Positions 24,047 through 45,070 of a stretch of DNA of 64,000 nucleotides are shown one piece after another. The notes beneath the pieces are model-generated. The model was not told where the DNA came from. It did no database searches and saw only the letters and a program-made list of their open reading frames with translations. The stretch is from the human T2T-CHM13v2.0 reference genome, Homo sapiens. The stretch lies in assembly GCF_009914755.1 (NCBI RefSeq), contig NC_060926.1; one strand, 5' to 3'. The position numbers and the translations under genes are program-made. Position 1 is the first letter of the stretch, and each line of letters starts with the position of its first letter.

Positions 24047-25529
24047 TCAAATAAGAAAGTATTAGCCTAATGTACTCTGGAGTCAAAACGAATCAGTTTT
24101 ATATAATCAATTATTTTAGACTATCCGAAGCATAATGCTTAAGTTTAAAAGAGGAGACAAAAATAGGAGGACAAGATACTTGAGAGGCTGTGGCACTAGG
24201 ACTGCTTGAGAGCCCAGGAGTTGGAGGCCAGCCTGGACAACATAGCAAGACCTCATCTCTTCAAAAAAAAAAAAAAAAAGATCACAAAAACAGTTACAAA
24301 ACAATTTCCAATAAAGAGATACTGAAATGAAAATGAGGTTAACAGAATAAATTAGTTAAAACAACTTCACCATGAAGTATCTCAAGAATAAGCAAATCAT
24401 TTTTAGTAAAGGGGGTACCTTGGAAAATTTCATGAATAATGTGGTAAAAAAGTAGCTTTTTTTCTCTATGTGCTACACCTTAGTTTGGCCACCAAATTAC
24501 CCACTTATTTAGATATATACCTTATTATCCGTAATAATTTCAAGCAGTTAATCCGTATTTGATAAGAATAACCATAACCATTACCTGTGTATCTCATGCC
24601 AGTAACTTAAAATACAAAATTCTTTAACATTCAACAATTAAAAGAACATATTAAACTAGAAGCAGCTTTTAACTTTAAAATACAGGCTAGAGTCTAGGGA
24701 AATGCTTAGATAACAGAACTGATTTCATTAGTATGAATCCTTGCCTGTTTTTCATTCTGCAGTGCTTTTAACATTTGCTGACTACTGACTATTACAGCAG
24801 CAGGCAAAATTAACCTTCTTTAGTGAGACAGTATTTCACCTGAAAACTAGAAGACTGTCTTCAAATATAGTCTCTCCACATTTCTATGAATTTATATTCA
24901 TAGTAAACAGCTGCTTCTTCCTCTAAGTATCTAGAAGGCAAAGAGCTTATTCCATGCAGTGAAGGGCAATAAACAGCAACCAAGCCCTGAGTCCTCTGTA
25001 ACTGGAAGGAGAGGAGGCCTTAAGAAGCTTTGTTTAAGTTACCACAAAGGACAGCCCCCTCCCCTAGCAGCAATATATCAGCACAACATGAGTGGCTTTG
25101 CTCCTGTGTCTCCTAGATAGGGTAGCTATAGCGGCTACTCAGCACAAAAGAATTCTTCCCCTCCTCCCCTCCATCATCCTCAGTGCTTCAGAATTCTCCT
25201 AAAGTCCAGCTTCTCCAATCCTGTAACTACTCAGATCAAAAAGCATAAATACCTTCCAGGACTTTAGGGCCTATAACCTAACTCTATAGCATGACATTCT
25301 CTGCTTCCACCATCAAGCTCAATTCTCATTTTTCTCTCATCATTCACTCAACATACCCAAAGATTCTGTTCAATTGGACTATTTGCTGTTCCCTGAATAT
25401 GTCCATTAGCATTACTTCAACTTCAGCCCTTTGCGGCCCTAGTTTCATTTACCTGGAATATATATACATATCCTCTCTCAGCCTCTCTTGAAATCACCTC
25501 AAGGATATCTACCTCACACATGAACTTAA

Positions 25530-25977
<448 letters not shown>

Positions 25978-26040
25978 TAGCTGGGATTACAGGCATGCAC
26001 CACCATGCCCAGCAATTTTTTTTGTGTGTATTTTTAGTAG

Positions 26041-26537
<497 letters not shown>

Positions 26538-26689
26538 TAGTAGAGATGGGATTTCACTGTATTAGCTAGGATGGTCTCAATCTCCTGACCTTGTGATCTG
26601 CCCGCCTTGGCCTCCCAAAGTGCTGGGATTACAGGCGTGAGCCACCACGCCCAGCCAATTATCACCTTTTTTCAAAATCAAACTTCGTA

Positions 26690-29030
<2,341 letters not shown>

Positions 29031-30030
29031 GGTTGGTATGTCTTGTCTTCCCTACAAGTTTACAAGTGGAGGGTCCAAGTTTTTTCACCTCTCTAACCTC
29101 TGTAGTGCCAAATAAATACTAAGCAATTTTTAAATGTTTGTTGAATAAATAAGATTGACAGCACTATTTTCTGTATATCACAGAATCTTACTCATGCTTC
29201 ATACTTCTGTATGCAATAGTTCAAACAGATCTTTTCAGTTTTTTGCATTCAGTTGAGAATAAGAGATAATTCACCTCAATTTCATAAGAATATGTGAACA
29301 ATTGGATTTTAAATTTCCAAAAACAAGCTGCCACTTTCCCTAGACACTCCATTTGGTGATGTCTTCCCAACTCTTAACCACCATAATAACAATCACCTGT
29401 ACCACTTGTTTAATAGCCTCATGCTTGTTTAAGGCAGTCATCAAGCTTTTTGCCTTCTCTCTTTGACAAACTAGCCTTGAAAATGAGAAGATCCTGTACA
29501 AAAAAAGGCCAAAGTTTGTCTCCAACGAGCTCAGTGTCTTTTGTAGGCTGTCTTTCCTTCTCTTCCTTGTAAAAAGCAGCCAATACAGAACGGTATGATA
29601 CAGTGATTACAAAACAGTGAAAGCATTTAGCTCCGAGTCTGGGACACTAGGTCATCAAAGAAAAGAGAATCCCAAAGAGAGCTGGGTGATTTGGCTGGAA
29701 AGGATACACAGCCCCAAAGCAGAAGAAATGGGTGATGGAAAGATTAAGCGAATATACAGGATCAAAGAGAGAACTGAAAGCCTCTTAGACTGCAAAAGAT
29801 ATGGAAAACACAATAGGCCTCATTTTCAAATGTACAATATTCATGAGGAGGGTTTTATTATGCTATTTCAAAGTCAAAAGAACAAGACCTTTGCTTAAAA
29901 GCACTCAGGAGGCTGGGCGCAGTGGCTCACTTCTGTAATCCCAGCACTTTGGGAGGCCAAGGCAGGCAATCACTTGAGGCCAGGAGTTCAAGAGCAGCCT
30001 GGCCAACATGAAGAAACCCCATCTCTACTA

Positions 30031-30177
<147 letters not shown>

Positions 30178-30821
30178 TCACAGGGACACAGCATCACACT
30201 TAACTACTGCCAATGTGTCACGGACCCAGCTGCACAAGGATTGCCTTTTTTTTTTTTTTTTTTTTTTTTGAGACAGAGTCTTGCTCTGCCTCCCAGGCTG
30301 GAGTACAGTGGCGTGATCTCAACTCACTGCAACCTCTGCCTCCCGGGTTCAAGCGATTCTCCTGCCTCAGCCTCCTGAGTATCTGGATTACAGGCACACA
30401 CCACCACACCTGGCTAATTTTTGTATTTTTAGTAGAGACGGGGTTTCACCACGTTGGCCACGCTGGTCTCGAACTCCTGACCTCAGGTGATCTGCCCACC
30501 TCAGCCTCCAAAAGTGCTGGGATTACAGGCGTGAGCCACTGTGCCCGGCTGGATTGCTTATTCTCACTGAAAAAGGAGGGGTTCTAGGAAAACTCAACAA
30601 AAAATAAAATACGTTTACTCTTATTTGATGATATTAACAAATCTGTTCATTTTTTAAGGTGTGACAAGAGTATATTGGTCATGTTAAAAGAAAAAGCCTT
30701 GGCTGGGCACTGTGGCTCATGCCTGTAATCCCAGCACTTTGGGAGGCCGGGGTGGGCCAATCACCTGAGGTCAGGAGTTTGAGACCAGCCTGACCAACAT
30801 GGAGAAACCCCGTCTCTACTA

Positions 30822-30947
<126 letters not shown>

Positions 30948-31095
30948 CTACAGCCTGGAGAACAAGAGCAAAACTCCGTCTCAAAAAAAAAAAAAAGGGG
31001 GGGCCAGGTACGGTGGCTCACACCTGTAATCCCAGCACTTTGGGAGACCGAGGTGGGTGGATCACGAGGTCAGGAGATCAAGACCATCCTGGCTA

Positions 31096-31299
<204 letters not shown>

Positions 31300-31615
31300 T
31301 TAAATTTAAATTAAAAATAAAGAAAAAGCCCTTCTCTTTTAAAGATACATACTGAAATATTTACAGATGAAATGATACAATATTTAGAATTGGCTTCAAA
31401 ATAATATGGGGGAGTATAATGGGATGCTGTAGATTATAGGCCAAGAGGAGGCCACAAGGATTCATTATAATACAGTACATTTAAACATAAATTTAAAAAA
31501 ATTCATTAAAAAATTCACTCCAGCCAGGCACGGTGGCTCATGCCTGTAGTTAGAGTACTTTGGGAGGCCAAGACAGGCAGATCATGAGGTCAGGAGATCA
31601 AGACCATCCTGGCTA

Positions 31616-31856
<241 letters not shown>

Positions 31857-33948
31857 TTATTTCCTAATGAAGAAAGCTCAAAAAGGGTTAAACAGGATAA
31901 TTCTAATGCACCATTAAAAGGGAAAAACCGAGAATTACAGTGAAGTCACTTCCCTTATACTTAAATAATTTACCACAATTCCATTTTATTTATTTATTTA
32001 TTTTGAGTCTCGCTGTGTCACCCAGGCTGGAGTGCAGTGGCACGATCTCGGCTCACTGCAAACTCCGCCTCCTCAGTGGCTGGGACTACAGGCGCACACC
32101 ACCACACCCAGCTAAATTTTGTATTTTTTCATAGAGACAGGGTTTCACCATGTTGCCCAGGCTGGTCTCGAACTCTGGTGCTCAGGCAATCCGCCTGCCT
32201 CGGCCTCCCAAGTGCTGGGATTACAGGAGTAAGCCACTGCACTGGGCCCACGATTCTAAAAACACAAAAATATATGTATATTTTCATCTTCATGATGCAT
32301 ATGTTCAAACTTAGTAAGACGGTACTAGAGATTTAGAACAGAACTGACCAGATTTAACTGTATAACTTCAAGGTTTAGGTCAAAGCTGTCAACACAATGG
32401 GCCTCTGAATATTTACATTCAACCCTGAATGGTAGTTAAACACTAGTCATGCACAGATAGCTTCTCAGGAACTCAAAACTATAACTAAAAATTTTACTGG
32501 TTGTGTAAACCTTACCCTTTGAGTCTAGACCTATGCTAAGCCTAGAACAAACCAGTTTGATTGCATCCAAAAGTACTAGCAAACAGACTTGGAAGTATGA
32601 CAGACATTGTTAATTACCTATCTGGTATCTATTTTCCCTTTCTTCCTTACAAAGGGAAACCTAAATTTACCCAGATAAAAAACGTATTTCCCAGCTTCTT
32701 TTATACCCATTTTGGCCAAAGAGATATAAAGTGAACATACTTTTTCCCTTTTCTCCTGTCTGGAACACAAAGTAGCTTTTTTGTGCCCACAAGTAGACAA
32801 GCACCAGAGTGAAAGACTGCTGTTAAGGATGGAGAAGAAAATAATATGAAGGAACTGTGGAGCTACCACATCAGCCTTGAGCTACTTTTGTCTACATTTC
32901 TTGTTTTATGAGAAAAAAAAAATTGTTTAACCTACAATAAATCAAACTTTCTGTTATTCAGCCCAAAAGTAATCCTGAAATAGAAGGTGCTATAAAAGGT
33001 ATAAGTTTGGCTCATATTAAAAACAGGTGCTAGAAAATTCCTCAATGGGCATCAAAAGCAGAATGAATAAGTAAATTGAGTGTACTGCATTCCACACAAT
33101 GGAAAGCCACACAGCAATGAGATGTAATAACATACAACTATATACAATAATAATGAACAAACCTCTAAACAGTGCCGGGCAAAAGAACCAACACACAGAG
33201 ATACATACTGTATGATTTCACCTATAAAATGTTATGCTGTATAAAAACAGACAAAACTATTCTACTTGTTAAGTCAATACAGCAGTTCTTCATCTGAGTG
33301 CTGGTTGCATGGATGTGTTCAGTTTGTGAAAGTTCGGCAAACCAAACACTCTTGTGCACTTTTTTGTATGTATATTACTCTTTGGTAAAACCTTTAAAAA
33401 TAACTGGCCCTAGATATTGAGAACAACCAGCCCAGCAAACAAAACTCCACCCTTCCTTCCTTCCTTCAGGTCTTTTCCTTCAGATCCTCATTAGCTCAGA
33501 AAAGGCAACTGAATGCAAAAATAGCCAAAAAATATAACCGATACAACGTATCTTTAAGTAAACATAGTCACGTTGCAGGAATTATCCAGATTTTAAACTG
33601 TAAAACTAAGGTGCTCAATAACAGTATCTGTGTGAACTTTTCCCCATGACTCTTTTAAAAAGAAACAGAATATCAGCCGGGATGGCGCAGTGGCTCACGC
33701 CTGTAATCCCAGCACTTTGGGAGGCCAAGGCAGTCAGATCACCTGAGGTCGGGAGTTCGAGACCGGCCTGACCAACATGGAGAAGCCCCATCTTTACTTA
33801 AAAAAAAAAAAAAAAAAAAAAATGAAATTAGCCGGGCGCAGTGGCTCACGCCTGTAATCCCAGCACTTTGGGAGGCCGAGGCAGGCGGATCACTAAGTCA
33901 GGAGATCAAGACCATCCTGGCTAACGCAGTGAAACCCCGTCTCTACTA

Positions 33949-34273
<325 letters not shown>

Positions 34274-34464
34274 TTAAATTAATTAAGTAGAATATCAGCA
34301 TTATATATATATACTTTTTTAAATCACAACTTCAGGGAATTCCAAAATGGAATGCTAAAGATGTCTTAATAAAAAATTAACTGGGCCAGGCACCGTGGCT
34401 CATGCCTGTAATCCCTGCATTTTGCAAGGCCAAGGCAGGCGGATCACCTGAGGTCAAGAGTTCA

Positions 34465-35090
<626 letters not shown>

Positions 35091-36299
35091 TCATCCTTAA
35101 CAATCCCAGTGTCCTGGAAGAAGTAAATGATTCAACTTTGGATATAGTTACCAGGTCTATTGCTAACAGAAGTAAAGATGAAGAAGGTATGCAAAAATAT
35201 CATAAGAGAAAAACTATTCCATGGCAACCAGCCCTGCCTCAATAACAAAACAACATCAAGAGGACTGAAAGAGGAGGAGGAAGGTACCTGCTGTTTCATG
35301 TTTTTGAGGCGACCTTCCAATTCTAGGGCCTAGAATCATGCTGTGAACATTGTGACATTTAATAAACATTTGTTGAATGAATCTGGCCACTCTCCTTTAA
35401 AAAATTTTTTACTAATTATCCACTCAATGTGCTAAGCATTACAGGAAAAAGAGGATAAATAAAGCCTGATGTAATGGAGAAAAGACACTTAGAATGTAAA
35501 TAACTGGCAACGCGGTGGCTCACACCTGTAATCCCAGCACTCTGGGAGGCCGAGGCAGGTGGATGACTTGAAGTCAGGAGTTCAAGACCAACCTGGCCAA
35601 CATGGGGAAAGCCCATCACTACTAAAAATATAAAAACTAGCCAGGCGTGGTGACACACATCTGTAATCCCAGCTACTCGAGGCGCTGAGGCAGGAGAATC
35701 ACTTGAACCAGGAGGCAGAGGTTGCAGTGAGCCGAGATCATGCCACTGCACTCCAGCCTGGGCCACAGAGCAAGACTCCATCTCAAAAAAAAAAAAAAAA
35801 AAAGGAACGTAAATAACTGTAACATTACATGTAAAAATTATGAAAGAGATACCCTAACTGCCTTCGGGACTAAAGGATGTCATGAGTTGACAACTACTTA
35901 ATAGTTTTTAAATCTGAACTACTAAATCTTAATGAGTAATCATAACATTCATATTCAATTTTTAAACTACTAGTAAAGTTTGTTTAGATAATGCTACAAT
36001 CTATACATTTGTAACATCCACTAGCAGGACCTCATGTCTATCAGAGCGGACACAGTATTCTTCTTCTCCTAGGGCATGAAATGCTTAACTACATACTCAA
36101 GTAATAACTACAGTTTAACATATCTATTCTATGATATAAATAGTAGTACACACAATTATGAATTTTAATACACAACCAGTTCATCATATTCTCCTGCTAT
36201 CTCAAGCAAAGAATTTCTAAAATCAGTAAAAATCAATAGCAGGGAGCTATATAGAACACTGCAGGGAATAATACTATCATGGCAGCAAAAATACAATTA

Positions 36300-36800
36300 A
36301 TGTAGATTAAAGATAACTGCAAATTCTTTGTTACTCTCCCATTGAGAAACAGTGTCTAAATAAATGCCTTTCCCTTGAATCTGGCTGACCTTAGTGATTT
36401 GAGTGGGCAACAGAATTACAGACGTGACTTCCAAGGCTAGGTTGTAGGAGACTTGCTATTTCCACCCAGGTTCTCTTGGAACACCTATTCTCTCTGTGAT
36501 CCCTGAGCCGTAAGTCTGAATACCCTGGGGTCTCCATGCTGACATCACATGATGAAACCACTAAGAAAGGCTCTGAGACTATATGGAGACACTTGCCCCA
36601 TCCAGTCTCATCTCACCTGACAACTAGCTGTTCCAGCCCCCAGCCACTTGAGTCATCTCAGCTGAGGCCCCACACACCAAGAAGCAGAGGTGAGTCTAAT
36701 CCACAGAGCCCTGTCCAAATTGCAGATTTATAAACAAAATAAATGGCTGTTGTTTTAAGTCACAAAATTTTGAGGTAATGTATCAGATAATCAGAATTAC
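36300..36800 (+). mobile_element. MLT1 (G/H-like) MaLR LTR
   Basis: aaattctttgttactctcccattgaga...cttccaaggctagg...aaataaatggctgttgttttaagtcac. Confidence 0.7.
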
Positions 36801-37843
36801 ACAATGCTTCCAAATCCTTGACTAAAGATAAAAGGAAATCATTCAATCTCTCTTTGGGGGTGTTAATACAGATTCAGTTAGAGTGGAACAGTCATCCAAT
36901 TGCTACAATTAACAGACTTGAATTGAAGAGCTGACCAAGCTACCTTTAATGATTTTGGTATAAAAAAGAAACACTATAAACTCAAATATCAGAAAGGAGG
37001 AAGGGGAAAATATTTGTACAAATTACCCTTATCCTTTTGATATTAAGCTTCGGGTTCTGTACGAGCACTTTGTTTTGCTACAAGGTGAGACTGGGCTAAA
37101 GGAAAGCACCCAATCAGATTTCTGTTACTGGTTAAAGGATGGTCCTTAACCATTTTGAGGAATCACGTACCCCTGATGAGACTATGGGTCCTTTCTCCTA
37201 TTTAAAAAAAATATATATATATGGCTGGGCTCACGTCTGTAATCCCAGCACTTTGGGAGGCCAAGACGGGCAGATCACCTGAGGTCAGGAGTTCGAGACC
37301 AGCCTGATGAAACCCCATCTCTACAAAAAATACAAAAATTAGCCAGGTGTGGTGTCATGTGTCTATAATCCCAGCTACTAGGGAGGCTGAGGCAGGAGAA
37401 TCACTTGAACCCAGGAGGCAGAGGTTGCAGTAACCGAGATCACACCACACTGTACTCCAGCCTGGGCAATTGAGCAATGCTCTATCTTAAAAAAAAAAAA
37501 ATACGTATGCACAAATACTCACAAAACACTCCATACAATGTAAGCGAACTTTCAGTCTTTATGGTCTATGGGCCTTAGGTTTAGAACTTATTTTAAAGGA
37601 TTATTTAATAATGGTACACAAATCTACTAGATGATGTTGGAATTGTTAAAATTATAAAGAAGTGGGTTTTTTTGTGTTTTTTTTTTTTTTTGCCAGGCAC
37701 GGCACCTCACGCCTGTAATCCCAGCACTTTGGGAGGCCGAGGCGGGCGGATCACAAGGTCAGGAGTTCGAGACAGCCTGGCCAATATGGTGAAACCCTGT
37801 CTCTACCAAAAATACAAAAAAATTAGCTGGGCATGGTGGCTAA

Positions 37844-38171
<328 letters not shown>

Positions 38172-38867
38172 TAAGCCACCCTACTCAGCCATTAAGAAGT
38201 GTTTCACTCAAATTCCAAAAACAATCATTTTTTCATTAATCAATGGAGGACCCAGCAATTGAAGTCTTGTGTGTATTTAATGTCCACCGATTTTAACCTT
38301 GTTATTACTCAATTTCACTATTTTAACACCAGACAATAACCTTCTGAGAGCTGCCTCAGAAAACACATCACTCTAAAATAACTTGATTCAAATTAAGGTT
38401 GTCTTCTTAGGACAGTGGTTTAGTCTCATGCTGATATTAAACAGTACAGGATTTGGAGATTCTTGTTCTCACTTATAAACCTCTTAAGATTAAGGGTTCA
38501 GCTTTATAACTCTTTTAAGTCTTTAGCACTCAACACTGAACTTGTACTGGGTCTTCTTTGTTTTGAGTCAGGGTCTCTATCGCCCAGGCTGAAGTACAGT
38601 GGCATGATCTTGGCTTGCTGCAACCTCGACCTCGCAGGCTCAGGTGATCCTCCCATATCAACCTCCTGAGTAGCTGGGACTACAGGTACAGGCCATCATG
38701 CCTGGCTAATTTTATTTTTTGTAGAGACGACGTCTCTCTATATTGCCCAGGCTGGTCTCAAACTGGGCTCAAGCAATCCTCCCCCACTTAGGCCTCCCAA
38801 AGTGCCAGGATTACAGGTGTGAGGCGCTGCACCCGGCCAATGTACTGAGTCTTTTTTTTTTTTTTAA

Positions 38868-39050
<183 letters not shown>

Positions 39051-39174
39051 TAGTCAGGCTGGTCTAGAACTCCTGACCTCGTGATCCACCCAACTTGACC
39101 TCCCAAAGTGCTGGGATTACAGGCTTAAGCCACTGCACCCGGCGAGTCCTAATGATGTTGGTCAATCAGCCTAC

Positions 39175-39610
39175 AGCAACAGTTCTCAAACTTTTTGTTC
39201 TCAGGAATCTTACACTTAAATTTATTTAGAATCCCATAAAGCTTTTGTTAGGTTGGTTACATCTATTGATGTTTACAGTATTAAACACTGAAAACTGAGA
39301 AATGTCTTAAATATTAATTCATTTTAAAATACCAACAAACCTGTTATATGTTAACAAATATATATTTTTATTAAAAATATTTTTCAAAACAAAATTAATG
39401 AAAGAGTGGGACTGTTACACATTTTTGCAAATCTCTTTAATGTCTGGCTTAATAAAAACAGCTAAACAGCTGGATTTTCACATCTGCTTCCACATTTAAT
39501 TTGTTTTATCACAAGTCATGTTAGTTTCTAGAAACGTCCATTGAACACTCATGAAAGAATGACAGTGAAAAAGACAAATAATGTCCTAGTATGAACATGA
39601 AATAAAAGAA
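39175..39610. mobile_element. hAT-Charlie element (Charlie4-like)
   Basis: Starts with the TIR-like cagttctcaaactttttg; internal atttttgcaaatctctttaatgtctggcttaata. Confidence 0.6.
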
Positions 39611-41476
39611 TCTATTTGTATCCTAGGTCCTTCATTTCTTTATGTATCTCTTAAATAACCTGACTTCAAAATGGAGCAATAAATTCTACATTTTATAATT
39701 ATTTCTTTATGTTGCTCTTCCATCAGTCTACAATAAATTTCAAAATGCTTCCTAGACGCTTCTGGGAAACAAAATAAAAGGCTGACGAAACTAAGCATTT
39801 ACGCCTATACTTTTCTTCCTAGTAACCAAGTAAACAACTACCTAGGGAAACACAATGCCCACTTGGAAATTAATCTAGATTATTAGTAAGTAGATCCATC
39901 CAAAATTCATCTAGATTATGGTTAAGCTTTAAAATGTTAAGTGTACATTTTGTACAATAGTACCAATCTGCAAAAACCTCACTTGCTCTCACGAAATGGT
40001 ACAAAACTGGGTTAAAAGCCAAGGGAATAGGTGTGTTAAATTTAAAAGTTCAAGTACATCGTGGAGTTGAATGAAAAATAGTTTTCTGAATAACTACCAT
40101 TAAATGAGTAAAAGTCCAAAAATAATGTAAAAAGTCAAAGTCGGCTGGGCGCGGTGGCTCACGCCCGTAATCCCAGCACTTTGGGAGGCCGAGGTGGGCG
40201 GATCACGAGGTAAGGAGATCGAGACCAGCCTGGCCAATATGGTGAAACCCCGTCTCTACTAAAAATACAAAAATTAGCTAGGTGTGGTGGTGAGTGCCTG
40301 GTGGTGAGTGCCTGTAATCCCAGCTACTCGGGAGGCTGAGGCCCGAAAATTGCTTGAACCCAGGAGGCGGGAGGGTGCAGTGAGTGGAGATCGCACCACT
40401 GCACTCCAGCCTGGCGACACAGCGAGACTCCGTCTCAAAAAAAAAAAAAAGTCAAAGTCGTCTGAGCAAACAAAAGACCAGACAAAAACTTTATGAATTA
40501 AAAACTAGCCATAAAGTTGTTTAATTAGAACAGGATGAGGAAGAAAAGGGGAAATCGATCACTCCTGATTAAGTGCAAATCCCAAGTAAATTATTGATAC
40601 TAACAGTGAGCTGGAGCACTTTGCCTTACCAGGCAACTTTCTGCAAATATTCTGCAACAACTCTACATACACAAAGTTTTCCTATGCTTTTCCTCAAAAA
40701 TATGAGACTTCTTCAGGTTAATGCCCAGGTGAGATGCTTTTTGTTGCTCTAGCAGTTTAGTTCTATTTTCTTTCTTGGTTATTATGAATGCTCTCTTACA
40801 ACTGGAGAGCTAGGATGAACCAATCCCGAGTAAGAAACGGGAAAGTACAGTAAAGAGGCGACAGCTCTGCACCCCCACACGGAAAAAGACTCAGAGGAGA
40901 GCAGCGGCATCCTTGCCCTAGCTCCAATCCGAACGGAGGCAGGATTCCCAACAACATCGGACGTCTCCCTCCCTCGCCGCCCCACGCCCTCCCGACGAAG
41001 AAGCAAAAAGTGGAGAGTCCAGCCGCTTCTCAGGGCCACGGAGCCTCCCAGTCAGGGATTCTCTCCCGTTACATAACTAAGGCCTAGGGCCCTGCTTCTG
41101 CGATTAGTCCTCTGGAAGGAGACGGACGGGTTCTCCAGAGACCCTCCCAGGGAGGTGGAAGCGGGGCTCTGCACCTAGTCGACCCGGGAGAAAGAAGTGG
41201 GACGACATGAGGGAGGCCGCCACCAGAGGCGGTGGGGTACGGGGGTGATGAGCGAGCCCGGAGAGGGGCGGGCGGCTCCGGGAGCCCCGCAGCAGGCCCC
41301 GGCACCTCCGGCCGTAGTCGGCTCCTCTCCCTCGCCTGCCTAGTCCCCACCGGCCGCCCCCTCCCCCATTCCGCGCTCCCCTCCCCCGCGCCTCCATCCC
41401 CGACCCCAGCCTAGCGGCAGGCAGACCTGCAGGGAAGGCCCTGGCCACCGCCGTTGGATGGCTCCCAGCCCGGTAC

Positions 41477-41488
41477 CTGGTCAGACAT
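41477..41488 (-). CDS. SUMO1: SUMO1 exon 1 coding part: MSDQ
   Basis: gccaccgtcatcATGTCTGACCAG|GTACCG. The five exons total 12+75+78+72+69 = 306 nt, i.e. 101 aa plus stop. Confidence 0.99.
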
Positions 41489-41607
41489 GATGACGGTGGC
41501 TTCACCCGGGGGTCTCCGCACAGCAGCGGCCTCGGGTAAGCAGAACCTCGCTCCGGGGTTTACAAATCCTTCTCCCTTCCCCACAGCACAACACCGCGGC
41601 TGCAGTA

Positions 41608-41636
41608 ACTTCCGCTACGCCTCGCGTCACTTCCGC
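41608..41636 (-). promoter_or_regulatory. Tandem ETS (GABP-type) sites GCGGAAGT, one overlapping a half-CRE (GCGGAAGTGACG)
   Basis: acttccgc at 41608-41615 and 41629-41636, 21 bp apart; cgtcacttccgc at 41625-41636. Confidence 0.7.
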
Positions 41637-42185
41637 TTCGCGCAGGGAGGAGGGAGAGAGAGAAGAGAGGAAAGACAAGGCGGGAAATGGGTGGGGGAGC
41701 AGCCAAGGGGAGGGGCAGGCTGTGGAGCTGCTTTGCCGGTGGTCGCGCGGGTGAACGGCAGTTTTGTCAGCTCCTTCAAGGACCAGGTCCTGCGCATCAG
41801 TACTAGGGCCATCCCCCAGGAGCAAAGGTCCTGGCTCCATGTCTCAATGTTTGGAGCCACTCTCACAACCTAGATTGCTCTCTCCGTTACACCTTGCGCG
41901 TCTCTGACGACTGAGCCGAGATACTTCTTTTGTCTCCTCCCAGCCTTGCTCATCAACCCCCAACCCCCAAATATGTTTATTTGAATGCCAGTACTTCTAG
42001 CTCTAGAACCAACATTTTCGGTTAACCAGCACCCTTGCCAAACACATGACCGTGATTTAAAACAACAAGAAAGCAACGACCCAACACAATCTTGACGGCT
42101 ACTGATGCTAAAGACCGCTGCTGAAAGTTCTAAATGGGGAGTGAGTAATTCCAACCCTTGAATTGGTTGCTTTGAGTTAAGGTTA

Positions 42186-42497
<312 letters not shown>

Positions 42498-43038
42498 GGT
42501 GGCGGGGGGGGCGATTCCGCTCCCCTCGCATGGGGAAGCAGGCTCTGACCGGCCTGCAGAGCTGCAGCAGCCCTTTGCGCCCTCCTCGCCCTCCCCACCA
42601 ACATCATGCTCCAATTCCTGCTTGGATTTACATTGGGCAACGTGGTTGGAATGTATCTGGCTCAGAACTATGACATACCAAACCTGGCTAAAAAACTTGA
42701 AGAAATTAAAAAGGACTTGGATGCCAAGAAGAAACCCCCTACTTCATGAGAATGCCTCCAGCACTGCCTTCGGGATATACTGATTCTACTGCTCTTGAGG
42801 GCCTCCTTTACCATCTGAACCAAAAGCTTTTGTTTTCATCTCCAGCCTCTGGGCTCCTCTTTGCTAGACCCTGTGTTTTTGGCTTTAGAGCAAGCAAAAT
42901 GGGGCCTCAATTTGAGAACTACCCTACATTTCCAACATACTCACCTCTTCCCATATTCCCTTTCCAACTGCATGGGAGGTTCTAAGACGAATTGTGGTGC
43001 TAGATTAGTAAACATGACTTTTAATGGAAAAAAAAAAA
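42498..43038 (+). pseudogene. Processed retrocopy of STMP1 (C7orf73) mRNA
   Basis: GC-rich 5'UTR, intronless CDS, 3'UTR with the variant signal AGTAAA (43007-43012) about 16 nt before the A-tail (43028-43038). Right TSD at 43036-43052. Confidence 0.9.
42606..42749 (+). CDS. Intact 47-aa ORF of the STMP1 retrocopy: [47 protein letters not shown]
   Basis: Translated by hand (below the ORF-track cutoff). ATG with A at -3, no stops or frameshifts. N-terminal hydrophobic segment and basic tail match recalled STMP1. The ORF is certain; its expression is unknown. Confidence 0.5.
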   Translation: MLQFLLGFTLGNVVGMYLAQNYDIPNLAKKLEEIKKDLDAKKKPPTS

Positions 43039-43080
43039 GAATGATTCTTCTTAGATTTCTTCTGTAAAACACAATGGCCC

Positions 43081-45070
<1,990 letters not shown>

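Larger units (their letters stand above)
40850..41920. promoter_or_regulatory. SUMO1: CpG island / SUMO1 promoter and 5'UTR (TSS region about 41600-41650, minus strand)
   Basis: GC- and CpG-rich non-repetitive sequence spanning exon 1; no TATA box seen. Confidence 0.93.

Noticed and set aside
29617-29898. 93-aa non-Alu ORF antisense in SUMO1 intron 1
   Set aside because: GTG start, no recognisable homology and no convincing splice context.
40782-42154. Overlapping Gly/Arg/Pro-rich ORFs on both strands
   Set aside because: Expected from stop-codon scarcity in a CpG island; the real coding part is only the 12 nt MSDQ.
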